Sequence record: NC_070936.1
Direction: 5' to 3' (one strand)
DNA: 64,000 nt
Positions 1 through 9,897 of this stretch are shown here, piece after piece. Every line of letters starts with the position of its first letter. The stretch's first letter is position 1. A program made the translations under genes and the position numbers. Below the pieces are notes generated by a model. The model was not told where the DNA came from. It ran no database searches and saw only the letters and a list, made by a program, of their open reading frames with translations.

Positions 1-1
1 G

Positions 2-130
2 TTGATTGGTGACAAACCAGGAGCTTCCAAACTAGAGAAAGCAAACCGGTACGGTATCCCTAAGTACAACATTACTCAGGTTCATACCATGAATGGCTTA
101 ATCGCTTTAATTGAAAGTAAACCACAGTAA
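2..130 (+). CDS. ligA: NAD-dependent DNA ligase, 3' fragment (BRCT domain), truncated by window edge
   Basis: Manual translation LIGDKPGASKLEKANRYGIPKY...KPQ* matches the LigA BRCT pattern (L.AG.KAGSKL.KA..LGIP). Confidence 0.75.
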   Translation: MIGDKPGASKLEKANRYGIPKYNITQVHTMNGLIALIESKPQ

Positions 131-189
131 TGATTAGGAGAGGGGAAACTCTCTCCTACATTTTTGTTTATATAACTGGAGATAATAAA

Positions 190-513
190 ATGGTTTCAAC
201 TATAGCTAAAACTATCCTGACCTTTAAACGCCGTATGGGCGAAGCTACCATTTCTGTTATTGAAGAAATTGTGGAACGTCACGATGGTATTATGTTAATC
301 AACATGAACTCCCATTCCGTTGAACTGGCATGTGATACAAGCCTCACTAATGATATCAACAGCATTGTCCGTCAGATTGCTGACCGTCAACGTGTTCGTA
401 TCGACCGTGTTTGGTTTGATGAAGCCAGCAACACTACTTATGTTCCATTTATTTCTATTGTTGACTCCGGTCTTCAGGGAACTGCAGCCAATAAGATTAA
501 GGAACTGTTCTAA
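190..513 (+). CDS. hypothetical protein
   Basis: ORF track 130..513; start moved to ATG 190 after GGAG; stop overlaps next ATG. Confidence 0.7.
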   Translation: MVSTIAKTILTFKRRMGEATISVIEEIVERHDGIMLINMNSHSVELACDTSLTNDINSIVRQIADRQRVRIDRVWFDEASNTTYVPFISIVDSGLQGTAANKIKELF

Positions 514-1088
514 TGTTAGTAGCTAATGGAAATGATTGGCACTTTGGTCCTGATGTTACCATTTGTCAAACCCACCAAACAGTAAAACGTAATCTGGGTA
601 GTGGCGAATACAGTGATGATATCTATGGTTCTAAAATCATCACCTCGGAAGGTGGGACCTCTATCAAAATCAACAACCCTAAAGAACCAAATATCGAAAT
701 GAGTTTGGTTAATATTCTCAAACTTCATAAACAGCAATGCGATTATTTTGCTGTGATTGTTCCTGGTGAATATAGTCCAATCCCTCAAACTCTCACTGAT
801 ATCCTGGTTTATCTGGGCGAAGAACCACATTCCCATATTCGTGGTTGGTCTCCTATCGTATTCATTGACGGTCACTGGGAGCATTGTGAGAACGGTCTCC
901 GGTTTACTCTCGAACGTAAGTATGGGGGTGGTTGGTTTACCCGTATAACCGCTACTAAAGAACACGACAGAATTAAACCTAATAACGGCTGCCAGTTCCT
1001 GACAACCAGTTCTGATATCAGAACACTGTTCTCCACTACTGTAGCACCAGTTAGCTTTGAAGATGTGAAACGTCTATACGACATGTAA
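513..1088 (+). CDS. hypothetical protein
   Basis: 191-aa ORF, TAATG coupling to upstream gene, followed by hairpin. Confidence 0.75.
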   Translation: MLVANGNDWHFGPDVTICQTHQTVKRNLGSGEYSDDIYGSKIITSEGGTSIKINNPKEPNIEMSLVNILKLHKQQCDYFAVIVPGEYSPIPQTLTDILVYLGEEPHSHIRGWSPIVFIDGHWEHCENGLRFTLERKYGGGWFTRITATKEHDRIKPNNGCQFLTTSSDIRTLFSTTVAPVSFEDVKRLYDM

Positions 1089-1095
1089 CGGAGTA

Positions 1096-1121
1096 CCTAG
1101 AGAGGGAATTCCCTCTCTAGG
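1096..1121 (+). terminator. intrinsic terminator
   Basis: Perfect palindrome CCTAGAGAGGG-AATT-CCCTCTCTAGG followed by T-rich tract. Confidence 0.8.
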
Positions 1122-1190
1122 ACTTTATATTGTTTATTTTTATTACACGTTAAATACTAAGTACGGAGTTTAATATCCTGGAGAAAATGT

Positions 1191-1712
1191 GTGGTCTATG
1201 AGATATTTACTGATGGTAGTTGTTTAGACAACAACCCAGCAGGTGGTCCAGGTGGATTAGCTTGGGTTGCTACTTACGGAGATATCCGAGCTGAACATAG
1301 CAGAGGGTTCTTTAAATCAACTAACAACCGAATGGAGATTATGGCGGTAGTGGATGCTTTATCTAGCATTCAAGAAAAGTCTGTTGTTAAGATTTATACT
1401 GATAGTCAATACACTATTGATGGTGCTACAAAGTGGGTGTGGGGCTGGATTAAAAATGGATGGGTAAGAAAGACCCAATTTGGTGCGACCGAAGATGTTA
1501 AGAACAAAGATCTGTTCCAACGTCTTCATGCACTCACTCGCTTTCATAAAGTTGAATTCATTAAAGTAAAGGCGCACTGTGGTATTCCTGATAACGAACG
1601 TTGTGATGTGTTAGCTAAATTAGCAGCCGCAAATCCCAACGAAATAGATGAAGGATTTATCCCCACAGTGAAAGATCCAAACAAACCAAAGTTTAATTAT
1701 TGGCGTAAATAA
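1191..1712 (+). CDS. rnhA: ribonuclease HI
   Basis: IFTDGSC, STNNRMEIMA, IYTDSQY, KVKAHCG..DNERCDVLA catalytic motifs; GTG start after GGAG. Confidence 0.95.
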   Translation: MVYEIFTDGSCLDNNPAGGPGGLAWVATYGDIRAEHSRGFFKSTNNRMEIMAVVDALSSIQEKSVVKIYTDSQYTIDGATKWVWGWIKNGWVRKTQFGATEDVKNKDLFQRLHALTRFHKVEFIKVKAHCGIPDNERCDVLAKLAAANPNEIDEGFIPTVKDPNKPKFNYWRK

Positions 1713-1781
1713 AGGATAATATGAGAAGGACGCTGGGTAATGCCTTCGTCCTTTATCCTTTCTTATATAAGTGAGTTAAAC

Positions 1782-3539
1782 ATGCAATTAGTTTTCTCTG
1801 TGTTCCCAGGTGGTGGAAAATCCACTATCTGTAATCGTGCTGGGCAGTATGGGATGAAACATGTTGGTGTTTCTGCTGAAGGCTTTGTTGAGCCAGTACC
1901 GGTCCCTGCTGGAACTGTTCCAGTATTTGATTCAGATAGTTCTTTATTCGATAAAGAATATTTTCCAGGTAATTATGTCGAACACATTAAGGAAGTTCTT
2001 AGTAACTACCCTAATGTTGTCATCATGGTGTCTAGCCATGACAACGTCCGTAAGGCTATGGCCGAAGCGGGTATCCCGTACACTCTTGTTTATCCACAGC
2101 GTGAACTCAAGGGTGAATACCTAGAACGTTATGAAGGACGTGGTTCTCCAGAAGCGTTTGTTAACATGATGGACAATAAGTGGAACGACTTTATCGATTC
2201 CTCTGAGTCAGATCCTACTCAGGATCGCATCGTTTTATCCGAGGGGGAATATCTCGTGGATAGAATTTCTGATCGTATTAAACAAGCTGTTGAAGCAGCC
2301 CAAGAAACTCCAGTTGTTGCTGATCCAGTTGAAACTACCGCAGCTATTGTTGATGTTGTTGCTGATTTTCAAGACCCAGTGCAAATTCCTGCTGAACCTG
2401 ATGGTGGTGTCGTTGTCGCTGTTCTGGATACTCCAGAGACTGGCGATGGTGCAACTGTAGATGCACCAGGTAATGTTGATGGTCAGCCGGCTGTAGATGC
2501 ATCTACCGTTGACGATTCAGCTTTAGGCCCTCAGGATCCAGCTGAACCAACTCCAGTTACTGATGATCGTTATGAGATGATCGAAGCTAAATTCGATATG
2601 CAGAATGATATCGAAATGCTGGATAAAGTTATCGTAGTTGCCAAAGATCCAGAACAAGCTGGATTTGAATCACTGGCGGATAATAGTGAGATGATGGTTT
2701 CCATCGCTACTGACATCAAAGATCGCTATGACGTCGAAGTAGAACCTACCGTTTCCGGTATGGAAGGATTCGTTGAAACTCTGAAAGAAGCCTATGACAA
2801 ACTCAAAGAGAAAGTCAAAGGTATTCCTTCTAAGAAGGTCAACGCTCAGATCATCAAAAACATGGAAGATGCTGGTAAACAATTCGCTGAATATGACAGT
2901 GAAGAGTGGCAGTCAGAGCAGAAGTTTAAGAACGTAGGTAAGGTTAAACTCCAAACCCCTAAAGCGTTCAATGAAGTCAACTCTATCTCTGATGTTAAAA
3001 CCATCATTAAGATGACTACTCAGCGTGCAGTAGATATCTATGATCGTCACCACACCAACGCTCAAGCTCGTCTGGTCCCAGCAATGAAAGTATTCAATGC
3101 TTTCAAAGATAAACCTGCTGATACCCCGATCTCTGAAGTTGATGAAATGCTTCCGATCAAACCTGATCTGCTGACAGGTGGTCTAGTTGATTCCGGCGTT
3201 AAGGATTTCGATACCACTCTCGAACCTGTAGAACTTCCGGTCTTAACGAAAGCTGATATCAAAGAAGCAAAAGGTATCATTGATTATATCCTTGATACTC
3301 AGATCTACTTCATTCATGAAGAAGAGAAGTATTACGATCATTCTGCTGATGAAGATGCTTTCTTTAATAGCAAGTTCTGGGATGCGCATCTTAAGTCAGA
3401 ACAAGCTAAACAAGTTTGGAATGCCACCGAGTATCATTCTGTCATCGATCAGATGGATGAAATCGAAGACACTTACCGTGACAAAGTTCTTAATGTCGCT
3501 AAGTTCCTGCAACGTTGGGTGCTGTCTTCCATTAAGTAA
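1782..3539 (+). CDS. probable virion internal head protein with N-terminal P-loop domain and acidic propeptide
   Basis: FPGGGKST Walker A at N-terminus; long acidic Pro/Val/Asp linker; GFES and GMEG resemble the S/A/G-x-E cleavage sites of phiKZ-like head proteins; start moved to ATG 1782. Confidence 0.55.
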   Translation: MQLVFSVFPGGGKSTICNRAGQYGMKHVGVSAEGFVEPVPVPAGTVPVFDSDSSLFDKEYFPGNYVEHIKEVLSNYPNVVIMVSSHDNVRKAMAEAGIPYTLVYPQRELKGEYLERYEGRGSPEAFVNMMDNKWNDFIDSSESDPTQDRIVLSEGEYLVDRISDRIKQAVEAAQETPVVADPVETTAAIVDVVADFQDPVQIPAEPDGGVVVAVLDTPETGDGATVDAPGNVDGQPAVDASTVDDSALGPQDPAEPTPVTDDRYEMIEAKFDMQNDIEMLDKVIVVAKDPEQAGFESLADNSEMMVSIATDIKDRYDVEVEPTVSGMEGFVETLKEAYDKLKEKVKGIPSKKVNAQIIKNMEDAGKQFAEYDSEEWQSEQKFKNVGKVKLQTPKAFNEVNSISDVKTIIKMTTQRAVDIYDRHHTNAQARLVPAMKVFNAFKDKPADTPISEVDEMLPIKPDLLTGGLVDSGVKDFDTTLEPVELPVLTKADIKEAKGIIDYILDTQIYFIHEEEKYYDHSADEDAFFNSKFWDAHLKSEQAKQVWNATEYHSVIDQMDEIEDTYRDKVLNVAKFLQRWVLSSIK

Positions 3540-3562
3540 TTCGTAAAACAAAACTAAGATAG

Positions 3563-3592
3563 GGAATAGATGGGGGAAACCCTGTCTATTCC
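3563..3592 (+). terminator. intrinsic terminator
   Basis: GGAATAGATGGG-GAAA-CCCTGTCTATTCC stem followed by T-rich tract. Confidence 0.75.
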
Positions 3593-3675
3593 TACTTTGT
3601 TGTCTATTTGCAAAGTCTGAAAATACCGAGCCTAATTGCTCCGTTAAAATCACGCTTATTAAGGAAATATTTTAA

Positions 3676-4989
3676 ATGTCTCGTACTTCCGATATTCGTC
3701 ACTACATGGTTTCTCAGTACCCGTATATGTCTTATAGTCAAATGCTTGGTCAGGTTAAACGCATCCAAGACGAATTCAAAGTAGAAATAAATAAGGGTAA
3801 TGAAGTTGGTGACAGTTACACCTATGGTCTTATTGGCGACTCTTATGGTCGCGTTATGTTTAAGATCAAATCCAATACTGAATTTAGTGCTTTAGATGCG
3901 GATGCCAATTTCACGGCCTCTAATCTGAATGCATTCATCATCGAGTTGGAAGCACTTGTCAAACTAAATAAAGAAGGTCACTTCTATGACATGATCATTC
4001 CGCGTACTGGGGATATCATGTATGCTTTTGGTAACAACCTGGAAGACATCGCTAACTTGAACGCAATGCTTTATTCTTACCTGACTCGCCGCCACGCTAA
4101 CCGCGGTCGTAAGGGTTCGGATAACGATATTAAATTTAAGATGAAGTTCACTGAAGGGGCCATCGGTGAATTCTGGGTGAGAAACATTGAGTTCACAGAC
4201 AAGATGGTTTCTTTCAAAGTAGGTTGTGAGTTTGAAATTATCCATAATGCATTTAAGAGCATGTATGATTTTGTAATTGTCACGCCTGCTCTGGGTCAGG
4301 CAGTTAATCCGATCAAAGCCCTGAAAGAAAAGGAAGTTAAACCTAAGAAGGAAAAGAAAGCTATCAATACTTTTGACGAACTAGTCAATGATATTGCTAA
4401 CGAACCTAAATTATGTATTTCTAAATTCTTAGCAGTGAAGATGCTAGAAACTGGAATTAGAAGTTTAGGTAAAACTGAAGGATTAGTTAATGTAGGAAAC
4501 GTTAGTCATGCTGGGATTCAATTTGAATTGAGAAAATACGGTCAAGAAGGACCGATGATGCTCTATGTGGAAGTTGATGAGAATCTAGTATTTAGTGCTT
4601 CCATTATTAGTTTCAAACGCATCAGCAATGACATGGATAAATCAGTTACAGCAAAACAGATCACTGAGCAATCGATTATTCGTCATGACTTCATGGAATG
4701 GCTGGAGGAGTACGTTGGTGATGATTACATCCACAATGTATGTAAATGGCTGGCTGGTAAGGAAAGCGGTGTAGCTGGTGCCGTTAATAGCGAATATCAA
4801 TGGGACCAGTACACCTATGGTGACTTCAGTATTTTGATTGAAGTATCTCCTAGTGGTGGGTTTGACGTCACTGTTAAATGTGATGACACTACTGTTGCCT
4901 CCCCGTTCCCGTTTGAGATGGAACATGTGGTGGAAACATTAAAGCCTCGTGGTTTCTTAACTCGTCTACTTTCTGTATTCTCCTGGTAA
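3676..4989 (+). CDS. hypothetical protein
   Basis: 437-aa ORF with AAGGA RBS and phage-like codon use. Confidence 0.8.
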   Translation: MSRTSDIRHYMVSQYPYMSYSQMLGQVKRIQDEFKVEINKGNEVGDSYTYGLIGDSYGRVMFKIKSNTEFSALDADANFTASNLNAFIIELEALVKLNKEGHFYDMIIPRTGDIMYAFGNNLEDIANLNAMLYSYLTRRHANRGRKGSDNDIKFKMKFTEGAIGEFWVRNIEFTDKMVSFKVGCEFEIIHNAFKSMYDFVIVTPALGQAVNPIKALKEKEVKPKKEKKAINTFDELVNDIANEPKLCISKFLAVKMLETGIRSLGKTEGLVNVGNVSHAGIQFELRKYGQEGPMMLYVEVDENLVFSASIISFKRISNDMDKSVTAKQITEQSIIRHDFMEWLEEYVGDDYIHNVCKWLAGKESGVAGAVNSEYQWDQYTYGDFSILIEVSPSGGFDVTVKCDDTTVASPFPFEMEHVVETLKPRGFLTRLLSVFSW

Positions 4990-4996
4990 TATAATT

Positions 4997-5024
4997 CCTA
5001 ACACTTCCGCAAGGGAGTGTTAGG
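4997..5024 (+). terminator. intrinsic terminator
   Basis: CCTAACACTTCC-GCAA-GGGAGTGTTAGG followed by T tract. Confidence 0.8.
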
Positions 5025-5062
5025 GTTATTATCTTATTTTTTATTTTGCATTTGCATATAAG

Positions 5063-5087
5063 TTTAAGCAGATATTATCACAGTGTA
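5063..5087 (+). promoter_or_regulatory. putative phage early promoter
   Basis: TTTAAGCAGATATTATCACAGTGTA; one of about 9 copies of a TTT..AGAyATATTATy..AGTG motif. Confidence 0.6.
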
Positions 5088-5131
5088 GAAGTTAGAACAA
5101 TTTTTCATACACTTATAGAAGGAATTAAAAT

Positions 5132-5878
5132 ATGTTTAATCAAGCAACTATCGAACAACTGGGTTACTACGTTTACTCCCTGACTGATCCACGTACCAAT
5201 AAAGTTTTCTACATTGGTAAAGGTTGCGGACAACGTGTTTATATGCACGTTCAGGACGCAGTTAAATCCCCACGTAAATCTGACAAGCTGGACACCATTC
5301 GTGATATTCACGCTGCTGGTTTAGAAGTTGAACATTGTATTATCCGTCACGGTATGTCTGAAGAAGCCGCTTTTGAAGTAGAAGCCGCCATGATCGACAT
5401 GCATCTAGATCTTACTAACATTGTTAAAGGTCATGGTGTTTATCGTGGACCTCAGTCTGCAGAAGAATTAGATATTCGTTATGCGGCTGAAGAAGCCGAC
5501 TTTGGTGATCTGAAAGTCATGATGATTAAGATCAACAATACTTATGGTAAAATGGATACTTGGGACGCTACTCGTTTTGCATGGACTGTTAATCCTAATG
5601 TTGCCATGTGTGCTGATGTAGTTGTTGGTGTAGCCAATGGTATTATCCGTGGCGTGTACATTCCAGAAGGTTGGGTTAAATCCATTATGGAAGAAGAACC
5701 TGAACTGTATGCTTACCACAATCTTACTCAGAAAGACCATAAGAACCGTAAAGTACTGGTTGGTCATCCAGCCCCTGCAGAACTGCAAGAACGTCTGTTA
5801 AACAAACAGATCCCAGCTGAATACTCCATGAAGGGTACTCAAATATCTTTCCGTTACAACTTTGTAAAAAGGAAGTAA
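5132..5878 (+). CDS. LEM-3-like GIY-YIG nuclease domain protein
   Basis: YYVYSLTDPRTNKVFYIGKGCGQRVYMH ... EEAAFEVEAAMID ... LTNIVKGHG. Confidence 0.8.
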   Translation: MFNQATIEQLGYYVYSLTDPRTNKVFYIGKGCGQRVYMHVQDAVKSPRKSDKLDTIRDIHAAGLEVEHCIIRHGMSEEAAFEVEAAMIDMHLDLTNIVKGHGVYRGPQSAEELDIRYAAEEADFGDLKVMMIKINNTYGKMDTWDATRFAWTVNPNVAMCADVVVGVANGIIRGVYIPEGWVKSIMEEEPELYAYHNLTQKDHKNRKVLVGHPAPAELQERLLNKQIPAEYSMKGTQISFRYNFVKRK

Positions 5879-6171
5879 TGATTATGTCAATGGCACCAAC
5901 TCACAATGTCGATAAGATATCGAAAGCTTTGCTGCCGGTCGTTATTAAAGAAATTAACAAACGTACCAAAGAAACATCTGGTCGTGAAGTAGCAAAAGAG
6001 TTAGGAATCAGCACCAACACTATTAGTCGACTTAAGAACTACGGCGGGTTAAACATCTCCCTAGATACCATCATTGGCATTTATGTCAAACTAGGCGGAA
6101 CAGTAACCATTTCCGGAACGTTGGGTAATAAGAAAACACAAGCAGAATTTGGAGCGAAACAACATGGCTAA
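5878..6171 (+). CDS. XRE-like helix-turn-helix protein
   Basis: SGREVAKELGISTNTISRLKN...ISLDTI pattern. Confidence 0.75.
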   Translation: MIMSMAPTHNVDKISKALLPVVIKEINKRTKETSGREVAKELGISTNTISRLKNYGGLNISLDTIIGIYVKLGGTVTISGTLGNKKTQAEFGAKQHG

Positions 6172-6529
6172 GTATAACAATGCAGCGGTATTGAAAGCTA
6201 AAAACTTATTAGTATGTCGTTTGTCTTACGTAATTCATAGTAAGCTTCAATATACTAGTCAGCGAGTGTTAGCAGAACGCCTTGGGATGTCCGCTAACAT
6301 CATTTCCAAGGTCAAACGTGAAATCCATAAGGGTGTTAGTTTCGATGCCCTGTTGGAGCTTGCACGACGTCTGGACGTCACCATGAAACTTTACATCGAA
6401 GTTAATGGATTGAAAGACAGTTCAGTCGAAATTGAAATGAGTGCTGTTCCACCATTTAAAGCTAATAAAGGTTTAACTGCGTGGGAAGTTCAAACCATCT
6501 ATGAACCATCTTCCCGTTTCAAACACTAA
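6164..6529 (+). CDS. XRE-like helix-turn-helix protein
   Basis: SQRVLAERLGMSANIISKVKR...VSFDALLELARRLDV; ATG 6164 after GGAG. Confidence 0.75.
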   Translation: MAKYNNAAVLKAKNLLVCRLSYVIHSKLQYTSQRVLAERLGMSANIISKVKREIHKGVSFDALLELARRLDVTMKLYIEVNGLKDSSVEIEMSAVPPFKANKGLTAWEVQTIYEPSSRFKH

Positions 6530-6546
6530 TCTAGAAGGAAATCAAA

Positions 6547-7530
6547 ATGTCTCGTAAAAAGAAACGTAACAGCTTCAACCCTGCAGTAAAGAAAACAGTA
6601 GCTGCTATTCCTCATGATGTTCCAATACAAACTAAAATGGTTGATACCAGCGTCTTTGATTTCTATCAAAATGATGAAGTCCGCGAAGAAGACTACCGTA
6701 TCAACTATTCGCCATTTATCTCTGGTGTTTCAGTTAACTATACTGGATTCCGTTTTAAACAGAATCATGTCATCAAGTTGAAGACTGGCGAAATCACTCG
6801 TGGGCGTCCTAATGCGGATGCGTGGTATCTGGAAGACGGGCGTACAGTTTACGATCCTGAAGTAGAACGTATCTCTTTGATTCCAGATGGGCTCGATCGT
6901 AAATACTCCTTCACTGGTGAAGGTCGTGTAGTTCGTGACATCCAAATGTTCGGAACCAAATATCCCGTTTATTGTGGTGAGACTTTCTATTACCCTTCAC
7001 AGATTCCCGAAGATAAAAAGATTGTCGTATTCGGTGCATTTGCCTATCGTTATCAGAGCGGGGTTAAATTCAAGATCATCCCGGTGACAGGAATGATTGT
7101 TGATAAAGATGATCCTCGTCCTGGGTTAGATGTTCTTCTCAAATATGAAGAAGTTGACATTAACCTGATGTGGGGTGAACACACCGGTCATATCCTGAAT
7201 ACGGAAGAACTCATTAACCGGATCAAGTGGGTTCATCGTATCAAGGAACTGGAAAGAAACCGTCCTGATGACTTTGCAAGGGCTGTTAAGTTGGCTAAAG
7301 AGAATGGAATACCTGAAGCTTCCTATACTCTTTATATCCCGGCACTAATGGACATGCCAGTTGATAAAGTTATGGAAACTTATAACTTAATGAATGCTCC
7401 ACTGGATAAGGGTGCTATCTATCCTACCGATCCCATGGAGGGTGCTAAGCGCGCTAACCGTGGACCTTACACTTTAGGTCAACATGATTACATCGCTGGT
7501 AAAGTATTTGAAGTTATTAAGGAGCAGTGA
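6547..7530 (+). CDS. hypothetical protein
   Basis: 327-aa ORF with TAGAAGGA RBS. Confidence 0.8.
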   Translation: MSRKKKRNSFNPAVKKTVAAIPHDVPIQTKMVDTSVFDFYQNDEVREEDYRINYSPFISGVSVNYTGFRFKQNHVIKLKTGEITRGRPNADAWYLEDGRTVYDPEVERISLIPDGLDRKYSFTGEGRVVRDIQMFGTKYPVYCGETFYYPSQIPEDKKIVVFGAFAYRYQSGVKFKIIPVTGMIVDKDDPRPGLDVLLKYEEVDINLMWGEHTGHILNTEELINRIKWVHRIKELERNRPDDFARAVKLAKENGIPEASYTLYIPALMDMPVDKVMETYNLMNAPLDKGAIYPTDPMEGAKRANRGPYTLGQHDYIAGKVFEVIKEQ

Positions 7531-7889
7531 TGAAAGGTATTACAACCAGAGTTAAATCACATGCTAGTCTGAGCGGAGCTATACAGATCGACATGAGCAA
7601 TAGTTACGCCAAAGGTATAACTATCGAACGTTTACGTAAAGAGTTCTCAGAATGCGATCAGAGAGCTTTTGGAGGTATTGTTGATTGGTTGACTGCAAAT
7701 GAAAGTCAACTGGTTAAACCAGAAGCTTTCAGGGAAGCGGTAAGGGCAGCAATGTATGAAGTAGTCAAATTGATTCACCCAAATACATCGTTAGCTTTAT
7801 CAACTAACTTTAATGTTCTTTATGAACTGGTTATGGATTTCATTAAAGAACGTGACGCCAAAATTGCAGCTTATCAGAGGAACAAGTAA
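7527..7889 (+). CDS. hypothetical protein
   Basis: ORF coupled to both neighbours, AAGGAG RBS. Confidence 0.7.
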   Translation: MMKGITTRVKSHASLSGAIQIDMSNSYAKGITIERLRKEFSECDQRAFGGIVDWLTANESQLVKPEAFREAVRAAMYEVVKLIHPNTSLALSTNFNVLYELVMDFIKERDAKIAAYQRNK

Positions 7890-8581
7890 TGAATGACCGC
7901 ATGAAGAAACTGTTTGAAGAATGTAGTCAGCTGGCTAAAGACAAAAACATCAATATCGTCTTACCGACATCGGGTGGTCCATCAAAATTAATGGTTGATG
8001 GAATTGAATATCTTGATGGCGGGACGGTTAAGGCCAATGTCATTAAAGGTCGCACTGTTGGAGGTTCTTTCCAGTTCAAGTTCGAACCTGGTTCGCCGAT
8101 GGCTAAGCTCAAAGAAATGAATGTTCCTCATGAAGCTTTCCAAGAGTTTCGTTTAGGGGCAGTTGCGGGATTGGTTAATCATGGGATCCCTATCGATGAG
8201 CAACTAAAATCATTAGTTGAAAGAATTGAAGCAGCTAACGGAAACTGGACCAAGTTCATCCGTACTCCTTCTGAAATCACTCCGATTTATAATGAGCATT
8301 TTGAACTGACTCTGACTAAGGCGGTTTATAACGCACTGGCTCAGAGCTATTCAGCAACTATGTCATTCAGACTGACAATTGCATCAAAAGAGTTGATTAA
8401 GGAAATCACTGAGCAGTACCTGAAGAAAAATAAAGCGCAAGTCGAAGTGACAGGGTGTGGAGTATATGTCCACTACGATACGGTTAAAGAGCTGGGTAAA
8501 GATATCACTAACGACAAGCCTTTTAATCCTGATGACCTAGTATTTACTATCATCCCTGGATCTACCATCAAACTGTCTTAA
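7889..8581 (+). CDS. hypothetical protein
   Basis: 230-aa ORF, TAATG coupling. Confidence 0.75.
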   Translation: MNDRMKKLFEECSQLAKDKNINIVLPTSGGPSKLMVDGIEYLDGGTVKANVIKGRTVGGSFQFKFEPGSPMAKLKEMNVPHEAFQEFRLGAVAGLVNHGIPIDEQLKSLVERIEAANGNWTKFIRTPSEITPIYNEHFELTLTKAVYNALAQSYSATMSFRLTIASKELIKEITEQYLKKNKAQVEVTGCGVYVHYDTVKELGKDITNDKPFNPDDLVFTIIPGSTIKLS

Positions 8582-8614
8582 TTAACAAATACTTAACTTT
8601 AGAGAGAAATGAAA

Positions 8615-9376
8615 ATGGATAATGTAAAAGTAACTGGTAATGGCCGTGTATTCCTTAGTGGCGAAGAACTTGATCGTAAGAAGATTATCGACATGATCAC
8701 TTTCAATAGTCGTCATGGTGCGATGTCTTCTTCTGATCTCCGTCCTGAAGGTGAACTTACTGTGGAGCAAATTCTTCAATGGGACGACATGTTCCCTGAA
8801 GTAGAATACAGTGAACAAATATTGGGGAAATATCAGGGTTCTGGTTATCTAACACCAGTCCAGGCTTTCTCAATTGACATCTCTGTTTTCGTCAAAGATA
8901 AAGGTTGGTTGCATCCACGTCACTGGCGTTATAATTATAATACTGGCATCATTGTGTTCCTTTGTCACGATCTGTTGGTTGGTGAAAAGATCATAATGAA
9001 TGTCAGCAGCCGTTCTAGTATCTTAGCCCGCAGATACATGGACAAATTTGAACGTGAAGGTATTGTGGGTGGTATTCGTCGTGGGATCTTTAACATGCTT
9101 GATTCTACAACTGAAACTAATAAGACTAGGATTAGTTTGATAGGTGGGCAACCGATCAAATCTGGCTGTTGGAAAGAAATGCTTGCCGAAATCAAAGGCG
9201 TCGCCATTACTCAGTTCCCTAATGGTTTAGGTTATCCGGCTGGACTCCATTCTGGTTACATGGAGTTGGATGACGATCGTCCTATGACTGTTCGTGGAAA
9301 TGGTCGCCAGAAGTTGATTGATAATGGTAAAGGTAAAATGTGGCCTGAAGCCCGTACTCGTAAAGGACGTAAATAA
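8615..9376 (+). CDS. hypothetical protein
   Basis: ORF track 8609..9376; start at 8615 fits the spacing from TAGAGAGA leader. Confidence 0.75.
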   Translation: MDNVKVTGNGRVFLSGEELDRKKIIDMITFNSRHGAMSSSDLRPEGELTVEQILQWDDMFPEVEYSEQILGKYQGSGYLTPVQAFSIDISVFVKDKGWLHPRHWRYNYNTGIIVFLCHDLLVGEKIIMNVSSRSSILARRYMDKFEREGIVGGIRRGIFNMLDSTTETNKTRISLIGGQPIKSGCWKEMLAEIKGVAITQFPNGLGYPAGLHSGYMELDDDRPMTVRGNGRQKLIDNGKGKMWPEARTRKGRK

Positions 9377-9663
9377 TGAAATGGTTATCATATCCCTTGG
9401 TGTTTCTCTGCTCTATGCTGCTTAGCTCTTGCTGGGTTCCTGAAACAGTTAATCTTCCAGATGACCAAATTGTAACCGTGCTGGAATTACGCGGTTATCA
9501 TGACATCGTACTGGAGAAAACTGTTAAAAACTTAGGGGAAGGTATCTTTGGTCCTTGCCGAACATTCAGTGCCGTGTCGCCCAATGATGAAATAGTTAAG
9601 GGTGGGTATTGCACTCCGCAGTACATGGACCGGACAATCAACATAACCTATCGGGGTAAATAA
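9376..9663 (+). CDS. putative lipoprotein / small membrane protein (paralog family)
   Basis: Lipobox-like LLSSC after hydrophobic N-terminus; LE..G...F.A......VKG..C pattern shared with 11450 and 45056 ORFs. Confidence 0.65.
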   Translation: MKWLSYPLVFLCSMLLSSCWVPETVNLPDDQIVTVLELRGYHDIVLEKTVKNLGEGIFGPCRTFSAVSPNDEIVKGGYCTPQYMDRTINITYRGK

Positions 9664-9675
9664 CAGGTTTTTGAT

Positions 9676-9897
9676 ATGACTTCTTTTCTAACCAAATACA
9701 GCTCAGGATTTTTATCCCTAGCTTATTTTATCATGGTTGCTGCAACAGTAACATCCTTGATTATCAATAACGAGATATCCCGATTCGATAGGGTCATCTC
9801 TTTCATCATCGTTGTATGCGCATCAATAGTTAGTTATTGGTTTGCATATGAGCAATGTAAACTTAACCGCCTCCGTAGACAAGGATTGAGTAAATGA
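9676..9897 (+). CDS. small membrane protein
   Basis: Two hydrophobic segments, basic C-tail. Confidence 0.65.
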   Translation: MTSFLTKYSSGFLSLAYFIMVAATVTSLIINNEISRFDRVISFIIVVCASIVSYWFAYEQCKLNRLRRQGLSK

